A stretch of 64,000 nt of DNA from a virus (taxonomy: Duplodnaviria; Caudoviricetes), in the IMG/VR virus record IMGVR_UViG_3300014204_013734, positions 128,001-192,000 of that record; one strand, written 5' to 3'. Under the pieces are notes generated by a model. The model saw only the letters and a program-made list of their open reading frames with translations. It made no database searches and was not told the origin of the DNA. The first letter of the stretch is position 1. Each line of letters starts with the position of its first letter. Shown here piece after piece: positions 1-10,320 of the stretch. Both the position numbers and the translations under genes were made by a program.

Positions 1-663
1 GTGGCCAAGTCCATCCTGGAACGTACTTCGCCTGCGACCGCATACGAAAAACTGGCGGATGTAGCCTTGTTGGTGTATCAGACAAGTCTTGGGGCGGTAA
101 AGCCCTGTTCATTTTGGGACCTGTCCAAGATTGAAGCGGTTGGAAAACGGCATGGAGAAGCTCTGTTAAGTTTTGCCAACCGTTTTGCAAGTCGTCCTGG
201 TCGTCCAACAGCATCTATGCTGCTGTGCGATATTGGGTGTCTGCATCATGTTGGGGGGAATATTCCTGCTGATGTCGTTATAGCAGCCCCCAAGATTCAT
301 CCTGTCGCTTCACCAACCACTTGTTTGACACAGCCGACGCCCCCCATTGAAAAAAATATTCAACCACAACTTCAGACTCAACCTGATCTTGGTATTATGA
401 CAAGTGTTACGTTAGCGGCTCCGTCGGGTCGTGGTGGCGGGGTTCATGTTGACAAACGGGCTGTCCACAAAAATCTTGGTAGTGATCCAGGGTTGGCTAA
501 AGTGTCTAGGATCACCCCGGAGGAATTTTGCAGATTTTTGGCCTTGCGTTTGAATGAACTGGAAAGGGAAAGGGCTAACGAAGCCAATGACAGTGCAGGA
601 TCGTCGAGACGCATCAACCTGGATAGCTGTGGAATTGAGTCCACAGGGCGAGGCCCGGGTTGA
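1..663 (+). CDS. 5'-truncated hypothetical protein (C-terminal part only)
   Basis: Frame is open from the window edge and overlaps the next gene; no diagnostic motif recognised. Confidence 0.6.
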   Translation: MAKSILERTSPATAYEKLADVALLVYQTSLGAVKPCSFWDLSKIEAVGKRHGEALLSFANRFASRPGRPTASMLLCDIGCLHHVGGNIPADVVIAAPKIHPVASPTTCLTQPTPPIEKNIQPQLQTQPDLGIMTSVTLAAPSGRGGGVHVDKRAVHKNLGSDPGLAKVSRITPEEFCRFLALRLNELERERANEANDSAGSSRRINLDSCGIESTGRGPG

Positions 664-1411
664 AGAAGGTACTTTAGAACTATTGCTTCGGTCTGATTTG
701 GGTGTTGATTCCAACTTCCCAATATTTATTCCAGCGGTCATCTACAATCGGGGTCATCGGAAAACGACCATCCATTTGATGGAAGGTTATGTTTTTATTG
801 GTTCCAGCCTTCCTGATACCCTCTATTACCGACTTGAAAACCGACCTTACATTTCACGAGTCATGTCTACTAATACGGGTCCGCATCATATGCGGACTTT
901 GAGTGTTATTCCCGATTCTGAGATTGAGGGGTTGAAACGTCAGCTACAGGCAGAAATCGGGATGTTGGTGTCTGTTGGGGATAGGGTTCGGGTTGTTGAA
1001 GGAACATACCGATCCTTGGAAGGGATTATTCAGGGGAGAGATGAGGAAAACGCTTTCGTTGAATTTGATTTTCGTTCCATGTTGTCTGTTGCTACCGTTC
1101 CGTTGGCTTTCTTGGAATCCGCTTCAGACGAAGAGGATAAGGGGATTGATATTCGTATCCCAGGTTATGTGCGATACACTGGATATATGTGCTGGCCTTC
1201 TAATCTTGATAAGTCGCTTGGAAAACTGTTGGGGTCCGCGGATTTTATTGATGTTTGGTATGAAGATAGTTTTTTGGGGAAAAAACGGGTTGCTTGGAAT
1301 AAACGCCGAATATTCCTCGGAAAACCTTTGTTGGCAGAACTACCAGAAGATCGGACGGTTTTTACCATATCCAAGAAACCTGATGGGTCTTTTGTCGTTA
1401 GGTCCCGGTAA
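587..1411 (+). CDS. NusG/RfaH-like transcription antitermination factor with C-terminal extension
   Basis: NGN-like HLMEGYVFIG; KOW motif VGDRVRVVEGTYRSLEGII; start at ATG 587 or 554. Confidence 0.8.
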   Translation: MTVQDRRDASTWIAVELSPQGEARVEEGTLELLLRSDLGVDSNFPIFIPAVIYNRGHRKTTIHLMEGYVFIGSSLPDTLYYRLENRPYISRVMSTNTGPHHMRTLSVIPDSEIEGLKRQLQAEIGMLVSVGDRVRVVEGTYRSLEGIIQGRDEENAFVEFDFRSMLSVATVPLAFLESASDEEDKGIDIRIPGYVRYTGYMCWPSNLDKSLGKLLGSADFIDVWYEDSFLGKKRVAWNKRRIFLGKPLLAELPEDRTVFTISKKPDGSFVVRSR

Positions 1412-1485
1412 TCAGTAAAAGGGTTTGCTTTTTTCTGTGCTTTTCGTTATCCTTAACAAGGGTGTCCTGAATGTGAGGAAACGAC

Positions 1486-2091
1486 ATGTCTTCTTGGTCA
1501 TTTGGACATACTATGGATCCTTCTGAACTTGAAGCCCGCTTTTCAATGGAAGATAGCTTGGCTTATCTGGATTCCATTTTTACGGAACCCACAGACGAAG
1601 ATTTGGGGCGCATTGAAAAGGTTCGTGAAATTCTGGCCCAAATACCCCCCAGAGAAGCTGATTTCGTTGATTTGTACTTCTTCAAGAAACTGCGTCAAAC
1701 GGACATTGCGGAAATCTTTGGTGTTAGTCAACCTACGGTAAGTTATCGTTTGACTAGGGCAACCGCCCGAATCCGATTTTTGCTGGAAATCCCAACTATT
1801 GGTCGGGATGATTTGGAAAAGACCCTTTCGGAAATACTATCCGACCCACTTGACATCAGTATCATGCTGTTTATGTGGGAAACTACCTGCCAATCCGAGG
1901 TGGCAAAACGTCTAGGGGTCAGTCAAGGTTTGGTCCGACACCGGTTTCTGAGGTCCTTGCGACGAATGGAAGGTATCCCCCGCCTAGAATGCTTCGTGGT
2001 TCTTTTCACCTACATCGCTGACAATCCAAATATTCTTCGGGAAGTGCAACGTCCAGCTTGGAACGAGAAGGTTTCGTACTGTCTTCGCTGA
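1486..2091 (+). CDS. Sigma-70 region-4-like protein with two HTH motifs (putative phage transcription factor)
   Basis: IPPREADFVDLYFFKKLRQTDIAEIFGVSQPTVSYRL and CQSEVAKRLGVSQGLVRHR; GAGG RBS. Confidence 0.75.
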   Translation: MSSWSFGHTMDPSELEARFSMEDSLAYLDSIFTEPTDEDLGRIEKVREILAQIPPREADFVDLYFFKKLRQTDIAEIFGVSQPTVSYRLTRATARIRFLLEIPTIGRDDLEKTLSEILSDPLDISIMLFMWETTCQSEVAKRLGVSQGLVRHRFLRSLRRMEGIPRLECFVVLFTYIADNPNILREVQRPAWNEKVSYCLR

Positions 2092-2098
2092 TTTTCAC

Positions 2099-2114
2099 CG
2101 TTTATTCGTTTATC
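2099..2114 (+). promoter_or_regulatory. Candidate phage late promoter motif
   Basis: CGTT-tattcgtt-TATC; same spacing recurs at five other intergenic sites. Confidence 0.5.
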
Positions 2115-2171
2115 ATGTAGCCGTGGTAGGGCTTGCACGCTTTAAGCGGTGTGGGCTGGAACGGAGGTTCC

Positions 2172-2471
2172 ATGAACGAAATGGGAAAACGGATCGTTAT
2201 GGCTCGGGATGTTGCCACGCGGTGGATATTACGGGTGGCAAAACCGGAATATCGGTTGCGTATCTATTCGTGTGACGCTAAGGAATGGTCCCGAAAATTG
2301 CGTTGTTTTCGTGACGGAAAATCCGTCATGGCGGGGGTGAAACCTGCGGGGGATCTGGGAATACACGAAGAATTTGATGTCTTGGAAGTGTGGTCATCAA
2401 ACCGCACAACTGTAGACCAGATCAAGGAATGGTTTGAAACTCGGGGTTTTGAAACTACTGGGGTTTGGTAA
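2172..2471 (+). CDS. Hypothetical protein with DVATRW tag
   Basis: GGAGG RBS before ATG 2172; TAATG coupling to the next gene. Confidence 0.7.
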   Translation: MNEMGKRIVMARDVATRWILRVAKPEYRLRIYSCDAKEWSRKLRCFRDGKSVMAGVKPAGDLGIHEEFDVLEVWSSNRTTVDQIKEWFETRGFETTGVW

Positions 2472-3154
2472 TGGCTTTGATGCGTCAACAGTCTGTATTC
2501 ACCTTCAAATCCTCGTCAGGGGGGGTGGATTACTATTTTGACATTGTTGTAGATGCCCAGGGACTTTTGTCCTTTCGTAATATCCGATCCCCCCAAGGGG
2601 TTGTAGATCCTGGTACAAATATCCCCAATTCTGTTATTGACGATATCACTACGGCAAAGCAGTTGGTTCAGCAACTTGTTGGGGAAACCCAGGCTGCTTC
2701 TGGGACAGTGACGTTTACAGGGGAAACAAGTCAAGCTGTGACAATCCCTGCCGGGACCCTCAATAACACCAACTATCGGGTGGTTTGTACGACGACTGAT
2801 GGCACCGCCCTGACTATTGAAAATAAGACTACCGTTGGGTTCAATATCGTGGCGGCTACCGCTTATGGCACCGTAGCGGATCCCAAAACGGTTGGTTGGG
2901 TCGTTTTGACTAAGACCCAAGAAGCCAGCGTGACAGGGGGTGTTTTGGCGTTCACTCCTGCGGATGCTGGACAAAAATCTGTAGTGTTTTCACCAGCTTT
3001 CACGTCAAACGCTTATCGGGTCATCTTATCGGAAGTTGGCTTTTTTAAGGCGTTTGTGGTTTCACAGACAAAAGCTGGTTTTACAGTGGGAATTGGGTAC
3101 ACCCTGGAACCCGGTGAAACCGTGCTGGTTGGATACGATGTTTTCGTATCGTGA
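2471..3154 (+). CDS. Putative virion structural protein with two beta-rich repeats
   Basis: Thr/Val/Gly-rich; repeated NYRVV...KTTVGF and AYRVI...QTKAGF units. Confidence 0.6.
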   Translation: MALMRQQSVFTFKSSSGGVDYYFDIVVDAQGLLSFRNIRSPQGVVDPGTNIPNSVIDDITTAKQLVQQLVGETQAASGTVTFTGETSQAVTIPAGTLNNTNYRVVCTTTDGTALTIENKTTVGFNIVAATAYGTVADPKTVGWVVLTKTQEASVTGGVLAFTPADAGQKSVVFSPAFTSNAYRVILSEVGFFKAFVVSQTKAGFTVGIGYTLEPGETVLVGYDVFVS

Positions 3155-3166
3155 GGAAGCCTAAAA

Positions 3167-3511
3167 ATGAGATGTCGTCCTTTTGACGTGTTGGTAAAAC
3201 CTCTGGGTCTTGATAAACCGCAGGTAGTGTTGGATAAAGAACCTTCAGTTGAAGAGACTTTGGAAAATGCGGTTCAGAGGGCCTTGGGTTGGGTTTACAT
3301 GGCAGACGTAGGGAAGGCCGGTAATCCCCCGGCGGTGAATCATTGGTGGCTCCGTCGGGATGTGCAGCTTGATGGCAGGATCGCCCAAGTTCTGGAGCAG
3401 AATGGCTTTGTAGAAGGTCGGAACAAAATTGCTGGTATTCCCGCTGAAGTCCGCCTTACCCGGGAAGGGGTAGCGGTAGCCCGACGCGCTATTGAGGGGA
3501 TTCGGTCATGA
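3167..3511 (+). CDS. Hypothetical protein
   Basis: GAGG RBS; ATGA overlap with the next gene. Confidence 0.65.
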   Translation: MRCRPFDVLVKPLGLDKPQVVLDKEPSVEETLENAVQRALGWVYMADVGKAGNPPAVNHWWLRRDVQLDGRIAQVLEQNGFVEGRNKIAGIPAEVRLTREGVAVARRAIEGIRS

Positions 3512-4776
3512 CCCAGGCAGCTTTCAAGGTTGACCAATTGAAAGTGGAACCCGGATTGACTGGGGTTCGGGTGATGAAGGCTGAACCCGGGACTGGAAAG
3601 TTGCAGTTTTTTGATCCGGATGCTTTGGCCGGCGTGACTTTGGCTGGTATTTCTGGTGTCGCCGTAGATCAACTGTTTATTGTTGGCCTTTCAGGTACAG
3701 GAGCCAAGTATAAAACCATCAAGGATGCCCTTGCTGCTGCCCGAGCGTTGCGTTTGGCCGGTAGCACGGACGCTTACCTGATCCTGGTGTTTCCTGGTGC
3801 ATATGTGGAAACAGAATCCTTGGTTGTGGATTTCAATGATGTTGTCATCCAGGGATTCGGCGGGTCCGTGTCCCTTTCCATAGACGACCATGTTTTCCAA
3901 ATTAAGGCATACAGTTCAGGTGCGGTTACTATTTGGCCGGAACGTGTTTGTCTGTCTGGTCTTCGTCTCATCAACGCCAGTCCAACAGGGAAAGCCTGCG
4001 TTTACATAGAAGGCGGCGATGTCAGTGCCGTCAGTTCCAGGGTTGGATTGAAAGGTATCGTCCTGGACCAGATATGTTGGGAAACTTCTGTATCCGGTAT
4101 TGCCTTACAAGCAATTTCCGCTAATCACGTTAAGGTGACTGGCGGATCCATGAAAGAATGCGCCGGGGGCGGGAGCCAGGTGCAGATTGACACCTGTGCT
4201 TCGTTTGTTTTGGAAGGGGTGCCGGACGGGTCCAGTTGTCTGCTGGATCTGGATTCCAGTCATGATATCCCCGAAGATGGTATTGCTAACTCCGTCTATC
4301 GTGTTACGTCCAGTGCTTTGTCCGGGTTGGTTTCAACCTTGACGGGCGGAGGGGCTTTGGACCTTTTGGGATGTGATGGGGCATTTAACGTCATATTCGG
4401 CGGAGCTTTGCGTAAGGCGCACGTCATCGGTTGCCGTTTGGGTGTTGTTTCGGTCACTGGAACTGTGCAGATGGCACTTGACGGGACTATTTACACGTCC
4501 TTGTCTGGCGTCGCCGGGGCGACCCTTTCGGAACCGATCCAGGCAGGATTTGACGTTTCTATTCCTGTTGGCGACACTGCTGTGTCCGTGACCATTCCCA
4601 GACAACCAGACACGAATTACATGGTTGGTGTGTCCATGCGGGATCAAACGCCTACGACTTGGAAAGTCACGGTGAAGACGGTCACTTCGTTCACTGTCGT
4701 TTTTACGGATGTGGACATTGTGAACGTTCGGACTTTTGATTGGAACCTTATCCGGTCCGTGAAAAACCTGGTGTGA
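3508..4776 (+). CDS. Putative beta-helix (pectin-lyase-like) virion fibre or spike protein
   Basis: KYKTIKDALAAA...ILVFPGAYVE cap motif typical of parallel beta-helices; C-terminal beta domain resembling 2471..3154. Confidence 0.55.
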   Translation: MTQAAFKVDQLKVEPGLTGVRVMKAEPGTGKLQFFDPDALAGVTLAGISGVAVDQLFIVGLSGTGAKYKTIKDALAAARALRLAGSTDAYLILVFPGAYVETESLVVDFNDVVIQGFGGSVSLSIDDHVFQIKAYSSGAVTIWPERVCLSGLRLINASPTGKACVYIEGGDVSAVSSRVGLKGIVLDQICWETSVSGIALQAISANHVKVTGGSMKECAGGGSQVQIDTCASFVLEGVPDGSSCLLDLDSSHDIPEDGIANSVYRVTSSALSGLVSTLTGGGALDLLGCDGAFNVIFGGALRKAHVIGCRLGVVSVTGTVQMALDGTIYTSLSGVAGATLSEPIQAGFDVSIPVGDTAVSVTIPRQPDTNYMVGVSMRDQTPTTWKVTVKTVTSFTVVFTDVDIVNVRTFDWNLIRSVKNLV

Positions 4777-4786
4777 GGAAACTTCC

Positions 4787-5344
4787 ATGAGCAATGATTT
4801 TTGGGAAGACATGGGTAACGCCTTTGTAGTTGAATCTGCTATTGATACGCATCTTCAGGGGCGGGAACTGCAAGGTGCTTCCACAACGTCTATGCGGGAA
4901 TTGACGGACAAGGCGAGGGCAGAAGCAGCTTTGGCGCCCCAACCTGCTGGGACCCGAGTAGCGTTTAAGTCAAATCTTGGGTCTCTTTTGACTTATAAGG
5001 ACTGTCCAGAACCTGATCTTGGAGGGACGGTTGTTTTGGTGAAAACCGGGGAAGGTAAGACGACCCATCTGGATGGGAACATGTTTGTTCTGTGGGATGA
5101 TGGTGTGTTTCGGTCCATACGGGCGGAGCATCTTCGGCTTGCGGGTGTGTCCAGAAAGACGGCACAACGGTTCCGGGTTGTTGTGTCAAATTTAGGTGAT
5201 TTGTCTGGGCTTTTTGCGGTTGCTGGTCAGTCCGATGAATTGGTTCACAAGGCGACGCAGGATCTTTGGTCGCTTAAGAAAGATGGGGACAACTTCGTCA
5301 TTGAACGCCTTTTCAATGAAACGGGAAAACCCCTGAAGGTGTAA
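4787..5344 (+). CDS. Hypothetical protein
   Basis: GAGG RBS; tight packing; internal KTA motif. Confidence 0.7.
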   Translation: MSNDFWEDMGNAFVVESAIDTHLQGRELQGASTTSMRELTDKARAEAALAPQPAGTRVAFKSNLGSLLTYKDCPEPDLGGTVVLVKTGEGKTTHLDGNMFVLWDDGVFRSIRAEHLRLAGVSRKTAQRFRVVVSNLGDLSGLFAVAGQSDELVHKATQDLWSLKKDGDNFVIERLFNETGKPLKV

Positions 5345-5347
5345 GGA

Positions 5348-6373
5348 ATGTCCATGTCAAACAGAAAAGCAGGAATTGGGGTTTCTAATTCCGATTCCGT
5401 TACCCTTCATGAGGTAGCGGCTTCCTTACGGTCCAAAGTTCCTGGTTTTGAGGAAGTTTACATTGCAGATATGGCGGCTGAAAGCGATGGGAGGATTTGG
5501 GTCAAGTTGAACTTCGTTCCGGATTTGGGTGATGTCCGTGATGTCAGACCTGGATTTAATCCGGTTCTAATTGGTAAGACCTTGTTGACCAGGGCTGAAC
5601 GTTTTTTGGAAAATACCCTTCCTGGTAGGGTTAGGATTGAAGCTAGGTTTACCCCCAGACAACACGGAACGATTCCTAAACCTTCGCATCCAGATGCTGG
5701 TGCCCGTGTGTTGTTTAATTTTTACAAATACAATCCTTACACGATTGAATTCCGTTGGACGAAACCGTCCCTTGGCACGAAAGGAGCCAAAGTCATGTCT
5801 GAGCAATACATTCGTCGGAGTCTTGAAAAACTTGCGGCCGGAAACCCTGATCTTCGCAAGTATCTTGTTCCCCTTATGAAGGAAGCAGCTTTGCCAATCA
5901 GTGCTGACAAACTGCCGAAACCAAGTCCCTGGACGATTCCCATCCCGTGGGATGAAGCCAAGGAGCAGTTGGCGGCGAACCTCAATGTGTTTGTAACCGC
6001 CGGATGTTCCGTCAGAAAGCTTCGGCCCGTGATGGATCCGTATGCCCAATTCCTTTACAAAGGGTGGGTCTTTATGGTTAGCGTTAGAAAGCAGATGCCG
6101 AAAGTTCCCGGCAACTTGTGGGTTGAAAACGACGAAGCTACCGCCGTAGCCTCAAAACTTCCGCGCCTTGTGCTTATGGCTTCCTATTTCCTGAAGAATG
6201 CGTCCGGGGGCATGGTTGATCGGAAACTGTTGGACAAGGTGAATCCAATGTTTTCGTCAAAACCGGCCCGTCTGTTGGCCTACGGAATCCTTGAATCTTT
6301 GTTGGAATTCAAGGGTCTCAGTATTTCGGGTGAGCAGACCCCCGAACTTCCTGCGGAAAAAGACAAGGGGTGA
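5348..6373 (+). CDS. Hypothetical protein; probable fusion of two genes with an internal start at 5795 carrying the EHPETR-type tag
   Basis: AAGGAG at 5781-5786 precedes in-frame ATG 5795, giving MSEQYIRRSLEKLAAGNPDLRKYLVPLMKEA. Confidence 0.65.
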   Translation: MSMSNRKAGIGVSNSDSVTLHEVAASLRSKVPGFEEVYIADMAAESDGRIWVKLNFVPDLGDVRDVRPGFNPVLIGKTLLTRAERFLENTLPGRVRIEARFTPRQHGTIPKPSHPDAGARVLFNFYKYNPYTIEFRWTKPSLGTKGAKVMSEQYIRRSLEKLAAGNPDLRKYLVPLMKEAALPISADKLPKPSPWTIPIPWDEAKEQLAANLNVFVTAGCSVRKLRPVMDPYAQFLYKGWVFMVSVRKQMPKVPGNLWVENDEATAVASKLPRLVLMASYFLKNASGGMVDRKLLDKVNPMFSSKPARLLAYGILESLLEFKGLSISGEQTPELPAEKDKG

Positions 6374-6376
6374 TTC

Positions 6377-7234
6377 GTGTCAACGTCCGTTTCCAGGGTT
6401 GTCGCTAGGTGGGAAATCCGCCAAGCAGCGAGGGTCATCTGTGGGACCCGGTCTTTCCGGTCTCGTCAGGCCTCCCTTTCCGGTTTGACACCGGAAGCCC
6501 TGGAAGCGTTCGCTTCTTTCTGGATTCCCCCGAAAGGAAAAGTGGCTTTTGGGGGAATCATCAAGCGTTTGAAGCAGTTGGCGGAAGCCTTCAAGAAAGC
6601 TCCCCGTCTTTGGGAACAATTCAAGAAGGTTATAGGAGCGGAAAGTTTGGCTGATATCCCTGGGGCAATTAAGGATTTGGCGAAAAAGGGGCGGGATGTC
6701 CTCAAAGGGGTAGTCGGCAAACTGTTCGGGACGTGGCCTTTGAAAATCTACACCTTGGAGAAAAGCAAGCTTTTGAGTTTCCAGACAATTTTGGATCGGC
6801 TTTTGAAGAAGCATCCGAAATTCACCCATTGGCTTGATTCCAAAGTAAAACCAAAGGTTAATCAATTTGATATTTGGTTGCGTGAAAATATTCCTGTTGT
6901 TTCAAGGGCTTTGCTGGTAGCTGTTTACTTTTTCATCTGGTTCAATGTTATTGAGTTTGAATGGGATTTCCATTCCCTGACGGAAGCCTTGACGGGAAAT
7001 ATGAGTTTGGTAGATCTTCTTGGAAGCTTGCCAAGTTCCGCCGTCGGGGCGTTGTTAAGTTCTCTTGGGTTGGGGATGTTCTCCCTTCTTCCAGCAGCTT
7101 TTGTTGCCCGTCTTGCTTGGTTGATCGCCCATAGATACGTACATTGGACGGGCAAGGGCTTTGAATTTGATATGGAACGGTTGTCCAACGATTTGGGGAT
7201 GTCCGTTCAGGAACTTGAAGCGGAAGGCATCTGA
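6377..7234 (+). CDS. Putative membrane protein with N-terminal RVVARW tag
   Basis: Hydrophobic segments ALLVAVYFFIWFNVI and AVGALLSSLGLGMFSLLPAAFVARLAWLI. Confidence 0.65.
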   Translation: MSTSVSRVVARWEIRQAARVICGTRSFRSRQASLSGLTPEALEAFASFWIPPKGKVAFGGIIKRLKQLAEAFKKAPRLWEQFKKVIGAESLADIPGAIKDLAKKGRDVLKGVVGKLFGTWPLKIYTLEKSKLLSFQTILDRLLKKHPKFTHWLDSKVKPKVNQFDIWLRENIPVVSRALLVAVYFFIWFNVIEFEWDFHSLTEALTGNMSLVDLLGSLPSSAVGALLSSLGLGMFSLLPAAFVARLAWLIAHRYVHWTGKGFEFDMERLSNDLGMSVQELEAEGI

Positions 7235-7235
7235 C

Positions 7236-7889
7236 ATGTCGGATTCTACAACGAAGGTCGCTACCCGTTGGTTGCTCGCCCATTATACCAAGACCGCTGG
7301 TGAAGTCCGATTCATCAAGGACAGGGGTGGTGACGAGAAGCAGTGGGGTTGGTCTCTGCAAGGGCCTTCGCAGCGGGAAATGCCCGCTGAATTTACGTTT
7401 GACCCCAGGAATCTGAAACCTTTGGCCCGGACACTGAGATCAGCCTTGGCCGCCTTGGGGCATACGCAGAGTGCCTACAACACGTTCACGAAGATCAAGT
7501 CCGCTACCGTGTCCCCTGACGGCAATCTTGGGGGAAAGGGATACATCCAGCGGATTACAGACATTCGGCGACAGTGCATGAACTGTTCAGAAGCGTTGTC
7601 GTCGGTTTGTGACACCCTTTATGATGAAATTCACGCCGCCCACTGGAATCCTACCATTGCAGAGCAGAGTCCACGTGAACGTGAAGAGGTCGTAGACATC
7701 ATGGAAGATGTGGACGATATTCGTCAGTCCCCCGAAAGCTGGGCGGAAGGCGAGGAAGAAGAAATGGACGAAGAAGGTGCTGGTGGGGAAGGTGGTTGGG
7801 AAGGGGAAGGGGAAGAAATGAAGACGGAAAAGATGGCTATGATTCACAGGGTAGCATTCCGTCATGCTATGGAACGGAGGATTTCATGA
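7236..7889 (+). CDS. Hypothetical protein with KVATRW (N-terminal) and RVAFRH (C-terminal) tags
   Basis: Packed between neighbours with ATGA overlap; acidic C-terminus. Confidence 0.7.
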   Translation: MSDSTTKVATRWLLAHYTKTAGEVRFIKDRGGDEKQWGWSLQGPSQREMPAEFTFDPRNLKPLARTLRSALAALGHTQSAYNTFTKIKSATVSPDGNLGGKGYIQRITDIRRQCMNCSEALSSVCDTLYDEIHAAHWNPTIAEQSPREREEVVDIMEDVDDIRQSPESWAEGEEEEMDEEGAGGEGGWEGEGEEMKTEKMAMIHRVAFRHAMERRIS

Positions 7890-10318
7890 AAAAGAACGCC
7901 GAGGACTGGACTGATTTCCTGGCGACATCGGACCTTCCAGACGGTAATGATTTGACGTTTGTGGAAACGAATGGAACAACGTTCGGCCTGGACAGTTTTG
8001 ATTTTGATACTGTAGATAACGCCGGAGCCGAAGACAGTGCCCGTCTTCCTGAAACTAAAGGATTGGCCGGACTTCCTGACGGCATCGTTACGACTGCGGA
8101 AGAGGGGCCGGATTTCGTGGGTTTGATGAAGACTGATGATGGGATTACCCTTGACGATATGTTGTCGGAAGAAGAAGGGGCGTTACCGGAAGATAAGACC
8201 GCTTCTACGGTCAATAACTTGGATTGGTTGGATCCGACGCAAGGACAGGACCTTAGTCGACTTCCAAGGCGGAAGCCCGTTATCCCGCAACTGGACAATC
8301 AGTGGGGAGGAGGGGTTCGGACGGATGGGTTGACCTTGATTCCGAACATCGACAAGGATATTGCTGATTGGCGGTCTTCCGTCAGAAGCGAACCAAAGGC
8401 GCAACTTCCACAAGATGTAAAGGATGATGCTGTTCGTTTGGCATCCCGGCTTTTGCATTATGGCCAGTCGTTTGAATCCGTGATCGTTGATTTGGCTAAA
8501 AAGACGGATGTGAAGACCGCTAGGGAAGCTGTGTCGGTCCTGGAAGAAGATGCAGGTCTGGCTGGAAAGGTGTTTGTCCGAGCTTCTTCCTTTCCTGGTT
8601 TGCGTAAGGGCCAATGGTTGCCTGAATTGAAGAAGATCGCCCGCGGTGCACGGTGGGTCATCACGGATGACCCGTTGGTTGCCAGCCGTCTTGGTATGGA
8701 AATGGTTTCCAATGTTCCTTGGTACGAAGCGGAACGCCACTACTTCCCCAAGATTGCCTCTTTGGTTGCCCGTAAGCTGGCGTCCCATCCTGGAGACCCT
8801 AAGCGGACACTCAAGGAAGCCTTTGCCGCAATGAAAGATGTTGCTGAAGTTCAGGTCACGGACGTAAAACCTGTGGAACCCAAACCTACCGTTGCATCGG
8901 CGGCGGTCGCCGGGAAGGTGTTGCGGGATTTCGTGCCTGGTCAGGTTTCCGTCAAGACACGGGAAGAACACCAGGCGGCGCGGAAAACTCACGCTGTTTT
9001 GGGTGATTTGGTCAGGTGGGTTAAAGAAGGTAAACTTTCCAGTGAAGCTGCTTTGAAAATCAAGGAATCCGGTAAATCCCCGGAAGACATGTCTGCCGCC
9101 GCGACGAAAATGATCTTGGCAGCTACCGGCAAAGAATCCACATATGGTGGTATTGGCACTACGATGAAGGCTGTTTCTGGAATTGTCCCTGATGAACCAG
9201 TTACTGTGAAGCAGGCTGCTATTGACAAAGCTACCAAAAGCAAGGTGTTGAAAGTCCTTGCGGTTATGGTGAAACGCGGAACTTTGACTAGGGCCAAGGC
9301 TGAAAGCATCGTTCGGGAAGGGAAGACGACGGCGGGGATTCGGAAGTTGGCGGCTGAGGCTATCCAATCGGAAAACACCGGGGATGTAAAACCACCAAGG
9401 AAACCAAAAGCAGTATACGAAGGCACAGTTCAGAGACAGGCCGTGTCGTCCGTTCCAGATCGTTCTGCCCAGCAGGCGGAAGTCGTGGAAAAGAATCTTC
9501 GTCGGAAAGCCGGAATTTCTGTTGGCCAAGCCGTTAAGGCTGGTTTGCTGGACAGGCAAACTGCGGAAGGGATCCTTAGAACCTGCAGAACTTCGTCAAA
9601 GATTCAGGCAGCTCTTGAACGGAATCTTGGCGGTGTCACGAAAAGCACTTACCAAGGGATCGGAAACGGTCAGGTGAATGTTTTCAGTCCCAGGAAAGCA
9701 AATCGGGAGATGACTCTGGAACAGGAAGGTGTATTGAAGGCAGCTAAGATTTCTGGGATCAAGGCCGGGGAAATTGCCAAATTCCTGAAGGATGCACGAA
9801 TCCAGATGACTGAAGGGTTGGCTGGTTCCAGGTTGGATCAGATGATCAATGCCAAGTTTTCCAAACCTCTCATTAAGGCGTCCAGGCAGCTCTTGAAGAC
9901 ACTTCGTCACGAACATGAAGGATTGTCCGGACATCTTTACGTGGATGCCGCTGCTTACGCTTCATCGTCTGGAACAACCGGGTGCGAAAAGAATGCCGCG
10001 AAGCATCGGATGAACGGTTTGAAGTTCGTTCTCGCCATGTCAAGGTGTAAAGATTGTGTGTTCGCGAATGTGGAAGGTGTCTGTCAGCAGTACAACAAGA
10101 AAATCGCTTGGGATTTTCCAAGGGAAGATTTGGAATCTTGGCGGCAACAGTCCGTGAAGATGGCGGATGCGTCCGATGCTGAAACTACAGCCGCCATGTT
10201 CAACCCATCAGAATACGGATTGCAAGACGCCATGGAATTTGATCTGGAACATCGGGTTTCATCCGAAAAGCTTGGGGATGTTTTGTTTGGCGGGTTTGAA
10301 ATCGGTGAAGGGGACTGA
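7886..10318 (+). CDS. Large hypothetical protein (putative head/internal protein)
   Basis: GGAGG RBS; acidic N-terminus; repeated helical units (VKEGKLS, VKRGTLT, VKAGLLD); many KxA motifs. Confidence 0.7.
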   Translation: MKKNAEDWTDFLATSDLPDGNDLTFVETNGTTFGLDSFDFDTVDNAGAEDSARLPETKGLAGLPDGIVTTAEEGPDFVGLMKTDDGITLDDMLSEEEGALPEDKTASTVNNLDWLDPTQGQDLSRLPRRKPVIPQLDNQWGGGVRTDGLTLIPNIDKDIADWRSSVRSEPKAQLPQDVKDDAVRLASRLLHYGQSFESVIVDLAKKTDVKTAREAVSVLEEDAGLAGKVFVRASSFPGLRKGQWLPELKKIARGARWVITDDPLVASRLGMEMVSNVPWYEAERHYFPKIASLVARKLASHPGDPKRTLKEAFAAMKDVAEVQVTDVKPVEPKPTVASAAVAGKVLRDFVPGQVSVKTREEHQAARKTHAVLGDLVRWVKEGKLSSEAALKIKESGKSPEDMSAAATKMILAATGKESTYGGIGTTMKAVSGIVPDEPVTVKQAAIDKATKSKVLKVLAVMVKRGTLTRAKAESIVREGKTTAGIRKLAAEAIQSENTGDVKPPRKPKAVYEGTVQRQAVSSVPDRSAQQAEVVEKNLRRKAGISVGQAVKAGLLDRQTAEGILRTCRTSSKIQAALERNLGGVTKSTYQGIGNGQVNVFSPRKANREMTLEQEGVLKAAKISGIKAGEIAKFLKDARIQMTEGLAGSRLDQMINAKFSKPLIKASRQLLKTLRHEHEGLSGHLYVDAAAYASSSGTTGCEKNAAKHRMNGLKFVLAMSRCKDCVFANVEGVCQQYNKKIAWDFPREDLESWRQQSVKMADASDAETTAAMFNPSEYGLQDAMEFDLEHRVSSEKLGDVLFGGFEIGEGD

Positions 10319-10320
10319 CG

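Noticed and set aside
1-663. Possible C-terminus of a DNA polymerase III gamma/tau or clamp-loader subunit
   Set aside because: No diagnostic motif lies inside the window
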